A stretch of DNA of 64,000 bases from a virus, in the IMG/VR virus record IMGVR_UViG_3300042691_025267, positions 1 to 64,000 of that record. One strand, 5' to 3'. Of this stretch, positions 48,435 to 57,969 are shown in pieces (within the stretch, counting starts at the first letter, position 1; every line of letters starts with the position of its first letter). The position numbers and the translations under genes are program-made. The notes beneath the pieces were generated by a model. That model did not search any database. It was not told where the DNA came from and saw only the letters and a program-made list of their open reading frames with translations.

Positions 48435-49064
48435 TCAGAGATATGTAATGTTTGGTTCTAGTAATTCGTAATCGTCTTTATACAACGTCATACATAAATC
48501 TTGTATTCTTTGCATATTACGAAAATTAGAAGGATTGATGATAATACTATCTAACGCAGACGTTGATTGCGTAGTTTTTTTATCTACAAACGTCAGTTTT
48601 AGCCATTTGGCATATTGATTGATTGAAACTATTTCATAGTCACTTATATTTTGGTCATATCGTTCATCTTTGAAATAGTCACTCTGCGGGGTTGTATGAA
48701 AATCTTCCTTATAATTTTTTATCAATTTATCGGTAGCGAGAATCATATCAGATAGTAAATCGTTTCCACGAGTTACCGGTTTAAATAATTTATTGGCTAA
48801 ATTCGTATCTTGATCTTCCTTGGCAAATGTTTTTACTGCCTGTGTATCAAATACAAATCTTTTATAATATGACATCAGTCTAACACAGGGATCTCTGTAT
48901 AAAAAGGTTTTTTTCTCGACTTCCGAAATTATACCATTAAATATAGGACTGTGAGTTACCTCGGTTAATTTGTATTCTATTGCGTGATGATGTAGATGCG
49001 AAGATCCATTGCGAAATGGCACCACTATGAGATGTCGTTGACTTATATTGTAAAATATTTTCAT
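48435..49064 (-). CDS. sulfotransferase-like protein (paralog of 47773..48411)
   Basis: PFRNGSS, LYRDP..RLMSYY, HTTPQ, LYKDDY. Confidence 0.65.
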   Translation of the reverse strand: MKIFYNISQRHLIVVPFRNGSSHLHHHAIEYKLTEVTHSPIFNGIISEVEKKTFLYRDPCVRLMSYYKRFVFDTQAVKTFAKEDQDTNLANKLFKPVTRGNDLLSDMILATDKLIKNYKEDFHTTPQSDYFKDERYDQNISDYEIVSINQYAKWLKLTFVDKKTTQSTSALDSIIINPSNFRNMQRIQDLCMTLYKDDYELLEPNITYL

Positions 49065-50561
49065 TTATAGTACCGTTACTTTATAAAAATGTTCAAACTC
49101 AAGTGCATCGTTTCGTGTATTTACAATAGGTTGCCCCTTGATATTCAAACTGGTGTTTAGTAACATAGGGCACCCCGTTTCCTCATACCACGACATTAAT
49201 AGTTGATAATATCCTGGATTATTTTCTTTAGTTACCGTTTGAACTCGTGAGGTACCATCGGCGTGAATAATTGCAGGAAACTCCTCTGGACGTTTACACT
49301 TTACTACATACTGCATATACGGACTTTCATCTGTCACCATATCAAAATAGTCAGCCGCATGTTCTTGGAGAATGGAAGGAGCAAACGGACGAAACTTCTG
49401 TCGGCGTTTGATTGCATTCACCGTATCCTTAATTTCTGGACCCCGTGGGTCTGCTAATAAACTTCTATTACCCAACGCACGGGGTCCAAATTCTGCTCGC
49501 CCATTTGCCACTCCTACTAATTTATTCGTTTTCAATTCAGAAATCAACCCCCCAACGGGATATTCTCCTTCAATATTATACCCTAGAAATGGACTAGTGA
49601 ATTGAATATGTTCGTTAGTATATGATAAGATTGCTCCTAGACTGTTTCCCGCATCGCCTGGATTAGGTATGATCCATACATTCTTAAAGTATTCCAACGT
49701 TATTGGATTAGCAACGCAATTCAGTGCGCATCCACCACCTAATACCAGATTATCAGATTTTATCAACTCTTTGGTCTTTTTTAAAAGATCACGAAAGTAT
49801 AGTTCGTATACATACTGCGTTGCAGCTGCTATATCATACAAATCCTGCGGATCGTTGGTTCGGTTCAATTCAGGAAACCACCAAGAACATCCACGATGTA
49901 AGTTGTGTTTTAATCGCAATAAATTTGATTTATAATAGAATTCATTCATATATTCTTTTTTATCAAAAAAATCTTCTATTATCATCGCAGAGTATTTGTG
50001 CGGATCACCATATGCGGCCATGCCCATGAGAATATATTCTTCTTCATTTGGTTTTAATCCCACCCGTTGCGTCATGGCAGAATACCACAATCCTAGACTA
50101 TGAGGATAACCAATACCTAATTTGTTGGTAAGTTTTGTACCTTTTCCTTCCCAAATTGTTGTCGTATCAAATTCACCAATTGCATCAATAATAAGAACTG
50201 CTGCTTCTTGAAACTGCGATGTATAGTATCCCGCCGATGCGTGACTTTTGTGATGGCCGGTAATTTTGACGGGAGCAGTGATTCCATAGGTGGACAGATA
50301 TCGTCGTATATTATTTTCTTTAATACGCAATCCTTGACCAGCATATAGTTGTCGTAGGGTTTTTACATATGGATTCTCGTACCAAACAACGGACGATGGC
50401 TTTCCATATCGTAATGCATCCTTAATTAACTCCGGATGTAGATCTTTGTCGTTTTTATTTTTTGAATACCGTTCGCTTTGTGACGCAAATACCAACGAGT
50501 TATCTTTTATTACCGATAATGCAGCGTCATGACTGTTAGCAGAGATTCCCCATATTACCAT
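49065..50561 (-). CDS. NodU/CmcH/TobZ-family O-carbamoyltransferase
   Basis: HDAA, ERYS..K, HH.SHA, DAIGE, GGCALNC, PGDAG, EFGPRALGNRS, FRPFAP, LLNTSLN. Confidence 0.95.
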   Translation of the reverse strand: MVIWGISANSHDAALSVIKDNSLVFASQSERYSKNKNDKDLHPELIKDALRYGKPSSVVWYENPYVKTLRQLYAGQGLRIKENNIRRYLSTYGITAPVKITGHHKSHASAGYYTSQFQEAAVLIIDAIGEFDTTTIWEGKGTKLTNKLGIGYPHSLGLWYSAMTQRVGLKPNEEEYILMGMAAYGDPHKYSAMIIEDFFDKKEYMNEFYYKSNLLRLKHNLHRGCSWWFPELNRTNDPQDLYDIAAATQYVYELYFRDLLKKTKELIKSDNLVLGGGCALNCVANPITLEYFKNVWIIPNPGDAGNSLGAILSYTNEHIQFTSPFLGYNIEGEYPVGGLISELKTNKLVGVANGRAEFGPRALGNRSLLADPRGPEIKDTVNAIKRRQKFRPFAPSILQEHAADYFDMVTDESPYMQYVVKCKRPEEFPAIIHADGTSRVQTVTKENNPGYYQLLMSWYEETGCPMLLNTSLNIKGQPIVNTRNDALEFEHFYKVTVL

Positions 50562-51367
50562 TGTTTAGGTACTCCTAAATGTTTATTTTCATACTTCTCA
50601 GGAGGAGTTTTGTTTATAAGATAAGAATGTTCATAGGAAATGAGATTAAACAAACGTTCAGTTATTATTGCATAACCTTTCTCGTTGGGATGTCCGCAAA
50701 ATGCAACGGTATCTAAATCTTTATTTGCACGTACTTCGTGTAAAATATCTCGATGTTCTGGATACAGAATTTTATGGGTAAAGTTTAAACTTGCTGAATT
50801 TTTCATAAGGACATCTAACCCCCGACCTTCGTCGGCATTAACATTAATATAAAAAAATTTATAGTTAGATAATGTACATATGTTTTTTATTAGATTAACA
50901 TAAAAATATGACTCCAGTACAACATCTCTGGTAGGATTATTACCCAAAAAATTGAAATAACTATCAGATAAATTCTGATATTCTGGTGTCATGTTTGTTA
51001 CGTGCGAAAGTACCGATGAGATTTTTCCGTTTCTATAAAAACTTATTCTAGTAGAAAATGTAACCATCCATATTACCAATACGTCATATTCGTCGGAAAG
51101 ATTTCTATCAGAAAACAATTCCATCCATCGTTTGACGGTTTCGGAATTTGAACACCCACCGTGACCTAAATTCCATAAGTAATGATAACCCAACTTCTTT
51201 TGCAGTTGATGTGGCCATCCCATAACATGAAATCTATCAGTACTGGCATTATACGGAGAAATTGTTTTATCTAACGGCTTTCTTCGTTCGTTCAACAAAG
51301 AAGGTTCATAACACCCAACTCCCTCCGTATAGGAACATCCTAATGTTATTAGAAGTTTCTTTTTCAT
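50555..51367 (-). CDS. SGNH hydrolase-like protein
   Basis: GCSYTEG, NLGHGGCSN, GHPNEKGY. Confidence 0.7.
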   Translation of the reverse strand: MKKKLLITLGCSYTEGVGCYEPSLLNERRKPLDKTISPYNASTDRFHVMGWPHQLQKKLGYHYLWNLGHGGCSNSETVKRWMELFSDRNLSDEYDVLVIWMVTFSTRISFYRNGKISSVLSHVTNMTPEYQNLSDSYFNFLGNNPTRDVVLESYFYVNLIKNICTLSNYKFFYINVNADEGRGLDVLMKNSASLNFTHKILYPEHRDILHEVRANKDLDTVAFCGHPNEKGYAIITERLFNLISYEHSYLINKTPPEKYENKHLGVPKQW

Positions 51368-51381
51368 ATAATTATCCGTAA

Positions 51382-52194
51382 CTATTGAGAAATTTTATTC
51401 ACCATCCATCTGGAAATGCAATCGTATCCAAGTGGATTTGGATGACTGCATCTAGAAAATCCTTTACTGGAGTGAGTGGATACTATTAATTCTTTAAAGC
51501 TGTCAAACTCAGTTGGATGTAAACATCCTTCAATTTTATACTTGTTTATAATTTCGTTGACCGGAGTAAACGCCGTACCCCAGTGAAATTTATATCCACA
51601 ACTTTTTGCAAAATATTCAACTGCTCTAATACTAAACAAAGTTTCTTGCATAGCCCCATGTGGTATCATGTGGGAAATATATAAGTCATGTATATATGCA
51701 GGAATGTAAGGTGGTTTATATAAATTTTCTCCCGTACTTCCCGTTTCTTCATTAATGGTAAATCCACGGGTTGTCACACTCCATAATATACTACTGTTCC
51801 CGTTTGTGTTCAAGTACAAACTAAAACGATGTGGATCGGTCAATAAAAAAACTAGTACAACCTCATCATAATTAGATCTAAAATTTGCATACTTATCGTT
51901 TATAAACGTTTTTGCAATGCCGGGGTTTGTAAATCCCGCAATACCTAGATTTTTTAGATCGTAATTTAATATCCTAGAGGTGATTGATGGCCAACTATAT
52001 TGTTTTTCCATTTTTTCAATTTCATCGTCGTAGTCTTTTCTTTCTTCTGATGATAAATGAATACTGAGGTTATTGGTTCGTTCTAAGTATTCTGGTGTAT
52101 AACACCCAACCCCGTGTGTCCAGCTATCTCCAAGTGTTATTAACAATTTTTTAGTCATGTTATCTCCAAGTGTTATTAACAATTTTTTAGTCAT
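51382..52194 (-). CDS. SGNH hydrolase-like protein with duplicated N-terminus
   Basis: GDSWTHG, NLGIAG.TN, SHPNPLGY. Confidence 0.7.
   Translation of the reverse strand: MTKKLLITLGDNMTKKLLITLGDSWTHGVGCYTPEYLERTNNLSIHLSSEERKDYDDEIEKMEKQYSWPSITSRILNYDLKNLGIAGFTNPGIAKTFINDKYANFRSNYDEVVLVFLLTDPHRFSLYLNTNGNSSILWSVTTRGFTINEETGSTGENLYKPPYIPAYIHDLYISHMIPHGAMQETLFSIRAVEYFAKSCGYKFHWGTAFTPVNEIINKYKIEGCLHPTEFDSFKELIVSTHSSKGFSRCSHPNPLGYDCISRWMVNKISQ
52125..52194. repeat. perfect 34-bp direct repeat x2 (period 36)
   Basis: TATCTCCAAGTGTTATTAACAATTTTTTAGTCAT at 52125 and 52161. Confidence 0.95.
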
Positions 52195-53131
52195 CAAGTA
52201 TGCCAGAATTTATAATTTTTTCACCCCAAAGTTTATGAGTATCTTCATTTGGGTGAGTAACTTTAAATAAAATATTATTATACTTACGCTGCCAATTAAA
52301 ATAATTCAAGGTTTTGTTTAATTCCTTATTAATAAAACTCATGTCATCAGGAGTGAATTGTTTGTAAACATCAAACGGATTAATATTAGTGTTAATCACC
52401 CAATCATAAAAAGTTTTGATTAACGTTTCCCAATAATAACTACTCAAATCAACGGGTGGAATTATTGGATCATTTTTTAATAAACTAAGATGTTCTACCA
52501 TTGAAATATCTATTGCATTTTTGTATGGTCTATCTATCCATCTAGTAAAATTTTTCCAGAAAATATATTTTACGTTTGAATGTTTATCTAAAACAGAATT
52601 ATACAAAGTTTCCAGTCTACGTTCATACCACGAATAAAATGCTTGTATAGAAATAGGATCTTTAATTATTTCTTGAAAAAAGCCACGATATGTAAAATCA
52701 AAAGGTATCTCATAGTTTAATAACCAATACCCCTTTATACCTAATTGAAAAAAATCACGGGATGGTTCAGTTAGTTGAATTATACATCGTACAGTATCAT
52801 ATTTACCAGCAACTTCATTCAACAATCTACGCAAAGAAAGTGCAATATTAACATTGTTACCACCGGGCAGTGCGCACAGACAAAAATCCGAATCATATTT
52901 AATTGCACTATAAATTCCCAAATTATTATTAATACGATGTTCCGTGTTATCAATTCCCAGTGCGTGTTGACCTCCCATTGAATCTCCCCAAGACCAACTT
53001 TCTCCTACTACTATAACCAAATCTTTTTTATTTCTATTCAACCAAACTTCTGTGTTTAAATTTGGAGGATTTTTATAGTGTGATTCTAGTAATAATTTTT
53101 TGGTAACAATACTTTCCTTATATATATTCAT
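52187..53131 (-). CDS. SGNH hydrolase-like protein
   Basis: VGESWSWGD, ALPGGNN, THPNEDTH. Confidence 0.65.
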   Translation of the reverse strand: MNIYKESIVTKKLLLESHYKNPPNLNTEVWLNRNKKDLVIVVGESWSWGDSMGGQHALGIDNTEHRINNNLGIYSAIKYDSDFCLCALPGGNNVNIALSLRRLLNEVAGKYDTVRCIIQLTEPSRDFFQLGIKGYWLLNYEIPFDFTYRGFFQEIIKDPISIQAFYSWYERRLETLYNSVLDKHSNVKYIFWKNFTRWIDRPYKNAIDISMVEHLSLLKNDPIIPPVDLSSYYWETLIKTFYDWVINTNINPFDVYKQFTPDDMSFINKELNKTLNYFNWQRKYNNILFKVTHPNEDTHKLWGEKIINSGILDD

Positions 53132-53143
53132 TTTATGGATCTC

Positions 53144-53923
53144 TTATCTTAGTAAAAATCTTCCACAATTTCTGTTTATATTGTAGTTATGTCGCATTGC
53201 AGCCTGTTGATCATGTAGTGGTATATTATTTTCTATAAATTCCGCAGATAACTGATTGGTATAATATTCCGACAAATACAACCTACACCACAATTCATGA
53301 TGCTTCACGGTTGGATGGTAATCTACCCAATTATCACCTGCGTTTGATTTTTTAAACACGTATGGTTTAAATTGACGATTTTGCTGTAGCCAGGTTAGCA
53401 TGTTGGGTTCTTGTCCAAAATAAGAATCTATGTCGTCTACATATTCTTTATAAAATTCTTGTTCCTGTACGGGTGGGTTGAACTGTTGCAATTCATGTCC
53501 TACTGTTGGACTAATATCAAACGCTTTCATAAATTTATAATTACATCCGATACTGTCGAGTAATATTTTTGTTTGCTTAATTGCCATCCATGTATTATAA
53601 AATCCTTGCGTAAAGGACCAATTATTATCACGCCACTGTTGTTCATATGGCAATGAATGAGCATTGAATATATTGCCATTTCTGGTCCATGCGCTCGTAT
53701 AAAAATCTATTCTTGGAATACTAGTATACATTACGAACACTGTGTCGTTTGCTGTAAGTTTATTTACCTGATGACATTCTAATACTCTTGATGATATCAA
53801 ATAATTACCACTACCAGCAAGTCCCCAATTTTCGTAATAATCAAAGGATTGTCCGACAATATCTGCCCACGTTGGCCATACATATTCTGTAAAACTGCAA
53901 CCAAATGCAAACATTCGTTTCAT
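53144..53923 (-). CDS. SGNH hydrolase-like protein
   Basis: FGCSFTEY.WPTWAD, NWGLAGSGN, DYHPT..HH. Confidence 0.7.
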   Translation of the reverse strand: MKRMFAFGCSFTEYVWPTWADIVGQSFDYYENWGLAGSGNYLISSRVLECHQVNKLTANDTVFVMYTSIPRIDFYTSAWTRNGNIFNAHSLPYEQQWRDNNWSFTQGFYNTWMAIKQTKILLDSIGCNYKFMKAFDISPTVGHELQQFNPPVQEQEFYKEYVDDIDSYFGQEPNMLTWLQQNRQFKPYVFKKSNAGDNWVDYHPTVKHHELWCRLYLSEYYTNQLSAEFIENNIPLHDQQAAMRHNYNINRNCGRFLLR

Positions 53924-54657
53924 AATTTTAACCTATCAAAAATGTTATTTGCTAATTCTGCATATCCGATCTCATTAAAATGAGAGCAAAAAGATGTGTT
54001 TTCTGGGGTGAGTTGTGGAAATTTTATATTCAAATATGCATCTTCTTGTAAATACGATACGTTTCTATCTGCTCCTTCTTTAAATAGAAAATCAAAATAG
54101 AACTTATACCCTCTTAGTTGACAGAAGTATTTTATTATTTGTATATAAAAATCTCTTTCTAGGTGTAAATCTTCTTCTGGATTTTTCATCAATTCCAACA
54201 AACCAGTTATTAATTTACTATATTCATTTCTATTATTATTGATGTGTATATCCTTTACTAATCCGTTTATAAAAAAACTTATTCGTGAAGACGAGGGGAC
54301 TAGCCATATAACTGTCACATCATATCCTACAGAAAAATCAACTTCTCCATACCCACTTAAAAATCGTTTTACTTGTCCCGATGGTCCACTACCGCCACGT
54401 CCTAAATTGATAACTCTATCAAACCCCATCATTTCTTTTAGTACATTTGGCCAAGAATATTCTAAAAATCTAGACTTACTTAAAAATAACATTTCATGAA
54501 ATTTATCAATTCTATCTTCTGGCAAAGGAGTCGCCCAATTAGGATTGTGACTAATATCTTTATTTCCTAACAGAAACTCTGCAAGTTTTGTTGGATCATA
54601 ATTTCCCCATCCCTCAGTAAAACTATCACCAAGCGCAATAAGTAATTTAGGTTTCAT
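53920..54657 (-). CDS. SGNH hydrolase-like protein
   Basis: GDSFTEG, NLGRGGSG, SHFNEIGY. Confidence 0.68.
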   Translation of the reverse strand: MKPKLLIALGDSFTEGWGNYDPTKLAEFLLGNKDISHNPNWATPLPEDRIDKFHEMLFLSKSRFLEYSWPNVLKEMMGFDRVINLGRGGSGPSGQVKRFLSGYGEVDFSVGYDVTVIWLVPSSSRISFFINGLVKDIHINNNRNEYSKLITGLLELMKNPEEDLHLERDFYIQIIKYFCQLRGYKFYFDFLFKEGADRNVSYLQEDAYLNIKFPQLTPENTSFCSHFNEIGYAELANNIFDRLKL

Positions 54658-55661
54658 ATATCGCATCTATTCTTAGATTTTAATGTTCTATAGTTATACT
54701 CTACTATTTCTTTTATATTTTTTTGCCATAATAACCAGTATTCGTCTGGCATAGTACTTAATCTTAATAGTTCTTTCATAATAGCGTTATGACGTTCTTC
54801 TGAATCAGTAATTGTATCGTACTCTTCATTTATAAATGGCGAAAACGTTTTGTATCCCAATTTTCTTAATTCAATCAATGCTGTTGGCCATCCTGCTATT
54901 ATAAACGGGTGTTTTAATGAAATCGGTTTAAAAACCTTTTCAGAAAAAAATTTATAAGCTCCAGTAGTTTCTACGTTTACATCAAACATAGTTTCTGTTA
55001 CTACGCTAAAATAACTTTCCGAAAAATATTGAATATCATCCTCAATGATATTTGTTGGGTTCGTTCTAGTTTCTGTTATGTTTAATCGTATGGGTAACAT
55101 ACCGAGTACATCGTTGAGGTTGTCGTACTGTTTATTACGAAATTTATTATCGTTTAATAAATTTTCTATACACGCCCCTTCGAAAGAAAAAAAAGATTTG
55201 TTAAATAAATTATATTTAATACTATCATATAGTAAATTAAATCTATATAGTTTTGCAACTCTATTAAAGCTCAGAAATAATTTTTTTTTATTTATTATTT
55301 CATAACTTACTTCTGGCATATGAAGTAACTGTTCAGCAGCGTTTACTTCAAATATTGGCGTATATTTTACTTCTATCTTATTTTTCCAACCAAATTTTTC
55401 AAACATCACATCATATTTTTCTTGTCCATCAATAGATCCAGTAAATGTTATAAACTTTATTGGGTGGTCTACAAAATAATCTGCAATTCTCTGCATTTTT
55501 CTGATGTTATCACTTAACCACTCTGAGGAGTTGCTTAATACTATCACAGATACGTTTTTAGAAAGTGCAGTTTTAATTTCAGTCACTATAGATTTAAATG
55601 CCCTTTTTATAAAGCCAAAATCTGCATTATGACCGGCGTATATATAATAGTAATTTTCCAT
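54654..55661 (-). CDS. putative glycosyltransferase-like phage protein
   Basis: FLSFNR, SVVTET, SEKVFKPI..KHPFI, GYKTF...INEEYD; paralog of 56953 and 57970. Confidence 0.5.
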   Translation of the reverse strand: MENYYYIYAGHNADFGFIKRAFKSIVTEIKTALSKNVSVIVLSNSSEWLSDNIRKMQRIADYFVDHPIKFITFTGSIDGQEKYDVMFEKFGWKNKIEVKYTPIFEVNAAEQLLHMPEVSYEIINKKKLFLSFNRVAKLYRFNLLYDSIKYNLFNKSFFSFEGACIENLLNDNKFRNKQYDNLNDVLGMLPIRLNITETRTNPTNIIEDDIQYFSESYFSVVTETMFDVNVETTGAYKFFSEKVFKPISLKHPFIIAGWPTALIELRKLGYKTFSPFINEEYDTITDSEERHNAIMKELLRLSTMPDEYWLLWQKNIKEIVEYNYRTLKSKNRCDI

Positions 55662-55662
55662 A

Positions 55663-56916
55663 TCACAAATATTTGAATTCGTGCTCTTGGAAGATCAGTC
55701 GTGTTTCTTCGTCCATAATATTTACTGGATTTTGATTTCTGGTATTACCGTAATGAATGATTTCTCCGGGATGTTGGAACGATGTTAATTTTCTCCACGG
55801 ATCTATAACCGTTACCCAACTAGGGAACCGAATATTTTCCACGTATTCTTCCCAATAACCGATTAAATACACATCCGTCCAATCAGTTCGTAAATCAGAA
55901 TCTCCTGTGTGTTCATCGTAGTAATTTACTTCTCCGCCCAATTGTTCTATATAATGTCCGACCAATAGACTAGAACTACCGTTTAAATAAGGTACACCGG
56001 GTTTGTATGATTTACCTATTATTGTAATCTTTTTACCGTTTTCAATACATCGTTCTGCTATATTTTTTGCTTGTATTTCTCGTGCAACCATTATAGAATC
56101 AAATAAATCATAACCTAAATTTAATTTCTTTGCCAAATATCTTAATGCAATGTTGTCACGTGGATGACACGCACCGCCGTCACCCATTCCCGCAGTCATA
56201 TACTTTGGTCCCATTATACGATCAGTGGATTTCTTTAATGCGTTAGTAACTACATCTACATTTATGTTACCGTTACGTTCAGCAACGTCTTGTATCATAT
56301 TTACCAATGCAATTTTGGTAGAGATAAATGTATTATAAAAAATTTTAATTGATTCTGCCTCATCCCATGTACCAACTTCATATCGTGGATCGTTCTGCAT
56401 CATCGTTTTATAAAAATCAATTAAAATTTTAGCATCACCAGTCAATGAACCATCCTGGGTTCCTATGATTACCATTTCAGGATTTACCATATCCCGTTCA
56501 ACCGTACCCATTGCTATTAGATATGGATTATATATAAACCTATAATTTGTGGTGTGTTGTATAAATTGACTGCGTACTGTTCCTGGAAGTACTGTACTTA
56601 TTAACACCACCAACTGATCTTGCGTACAGTGATTATTTAGTTCTCTGAGAACGTCTGTTACTGTGAAGTAGTCAAAGTCTCTTGGTTCTAAATGTGAAGT
56701 TGGCGTTTCTCCGCCATAAAATTCTTCATGTGGAGTTGGAACTGCCACGAATATTAATTCGGCATCCAATACTGCTTCTTGAATACTGTTAGCCAATGGA
56801 AACTTCGGTGTCGGTGGACGCATTGGATCATATCCAGTAACCGTATGTCCAGCGTTCACCATTTCATTTGCACACGGTGCACCGAGTTTACCGCACCCAA
56901 TCATAGATACTTTCAT
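55663..56916 (-). CDS. UDP-glucose/GDP-mannose dehydrogenase family protein
   Basis: IGCGKLG, FVAVPTP, ISTVLPGT, YNP, GDGGACHPRD, GKSYK. Confidence 0.9.
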   Translation of the reverse strand: MKVSMIGCGKLGAPCANEMVNAGHTVTGYDPMRPPTPKFPLANSIQEAVLDAELIFVAVPTPHEEFYGGETPTSHLEPRDFDYFTVTDVLRELNNHCTQDQLVVLISTVLPGTVRSQFIQHTTNYRFIYNPYLIAMGTVERDMVNPEMVIIGTQDGSLTGDAKILIDFYKTMMQNDPRYEVGTWDEAESIKIFYNTFISTKIALVNMIQDVAERNGNINVDVVTNALKKSTDRIMGPKYMTAGMGDGGACHPRDNIALRYLAKKLNLGYDLFDSIMVAREIQAKNIAERCIENGKKITIIGKSYKPGVPYLNGSSSLLVGHYIEQLGGEVNYYDEHTGDSDLRTDWTDVYLIGYWEEYVENIRFPSWVTVIDPWRKLTSFQHPGEIIHYGNTRNQNPVNIMDEETRLIFQEHEFKYL

Positions 56917-56952
56917 CAAAACCCCTCAACTTAAAGTAATTTTTAATATATA

Positions 56953-57966
56953 TTATTCAATTTCAATTGCATCGTATTTTAATATATTGTTTATTAAAAT
57001 TGGTTTTATTATATCGGGATAGGTTGTTCCCAACTTTATAGCATGTTCTTTGTTTGCCAAAAGTTTATCTTTAACTTTATTATACAATAAAAACTGGTCT
57101 TTCCTTGACAATAAATTAAGTCTGTGTATTTCTAATACAGCCATTTCAAATCTACGAACGTCATCTTCTATAGAATCAAATGAATAATCAAATATTTCCT
57201 CATATAATTCAAATCCAAGTTCTTTCAACCATAAATTATAATTTATTTTGTTGATCACAATAAATGGTTTCTTTAAAAATAAAGGAATTGTAGTTTTTTC
57301 CGTTATGAAATAATGATCTATTGTTGATTCATTTACTAGTTGTATAAACGAATTATTGTATTCTGACGGTAGAGTTCTAAATGGGTTTGGTGCGGTGAGA
57401 AACTTCTCGTCCAAAACAAGTTGTTTTTCTTTCCAGTATAGAAATTCGTAGGCATAATCCGTATATTTTCTGGTAGGTATTATCCAAGAAATTGCTTGAT
57501 CATCAATCAAATTATGTTTTTGCAATAGATCCATCATTAAACATCTGTGTGGATGTGGTCTATTATTTAGAGATATTAATGTATATTTAATATCTGCTTC
57601 GGAGTTTAATTCATATGCAAATCTATCTAAATCACCAGGTTCATCAAACCCATTATTTTGCAATGATACATTAAAAAATGCAGTTTCCCACGGAACAACA
57701 TTCTTTATACAGTTAAATTTAGTAGAAGTAATATCGTGCAATAAAGCTTCCGTAGATTTCCAGCAATTAACAATGGTTATATTAATATGTTTTTCATTTG
57801 CCCAATCCAATAAAACATCAAAATTAAAAGAACCGTCTGCGCTGAAGAATGATACATAATTATGTTCTTGTTCATTTACCAGTATGACCTCGTTAATATC
57901 TTGTCTTTCCCGTAATGAGTTAATGTCTATTAGATCTGCTGCTCTAGTTCCTATATACAGTCTCAT
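56953..57966 (-). CDS. putative glycosyltransferase-like phage protein
   Basis: SLNNRPHPHR, LVNES, ITEKT..P...KKPFI, LGFELY.EIFDYSFD. Confidence 0.5.
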   Translation of the reverse strand: MRLYIGTRAADLIDINSLRERQDINEVILVNEQEHNYVSFFSADGSFNFDVLLDWANEKHINITIVNCWKSTEALLHDITSTKFNCIKNVVPWETAFFNVSLQNNGFDEPGDLDRFAYELNSEADIKYTLISLNNRPHPHRCLMMDLLQKHNLIDDQAISWIIPTRKYTDYAYEFLYWKEKQLVLDEKFLTAPNPFRTLPSEYNNSFIQLVNESTIDHYFITEKTTIPLFLKKPFIVINKINYNLWLKELGFELYEEIFDYSFDSIEDDVRRFEMAVLEIHRLNLLSRKDQFLLYNKVKDKLLANKEHAIKLGTTYPDIIKPILINNILKYDAIEIE

Positions 57967-57969
57967 ATA

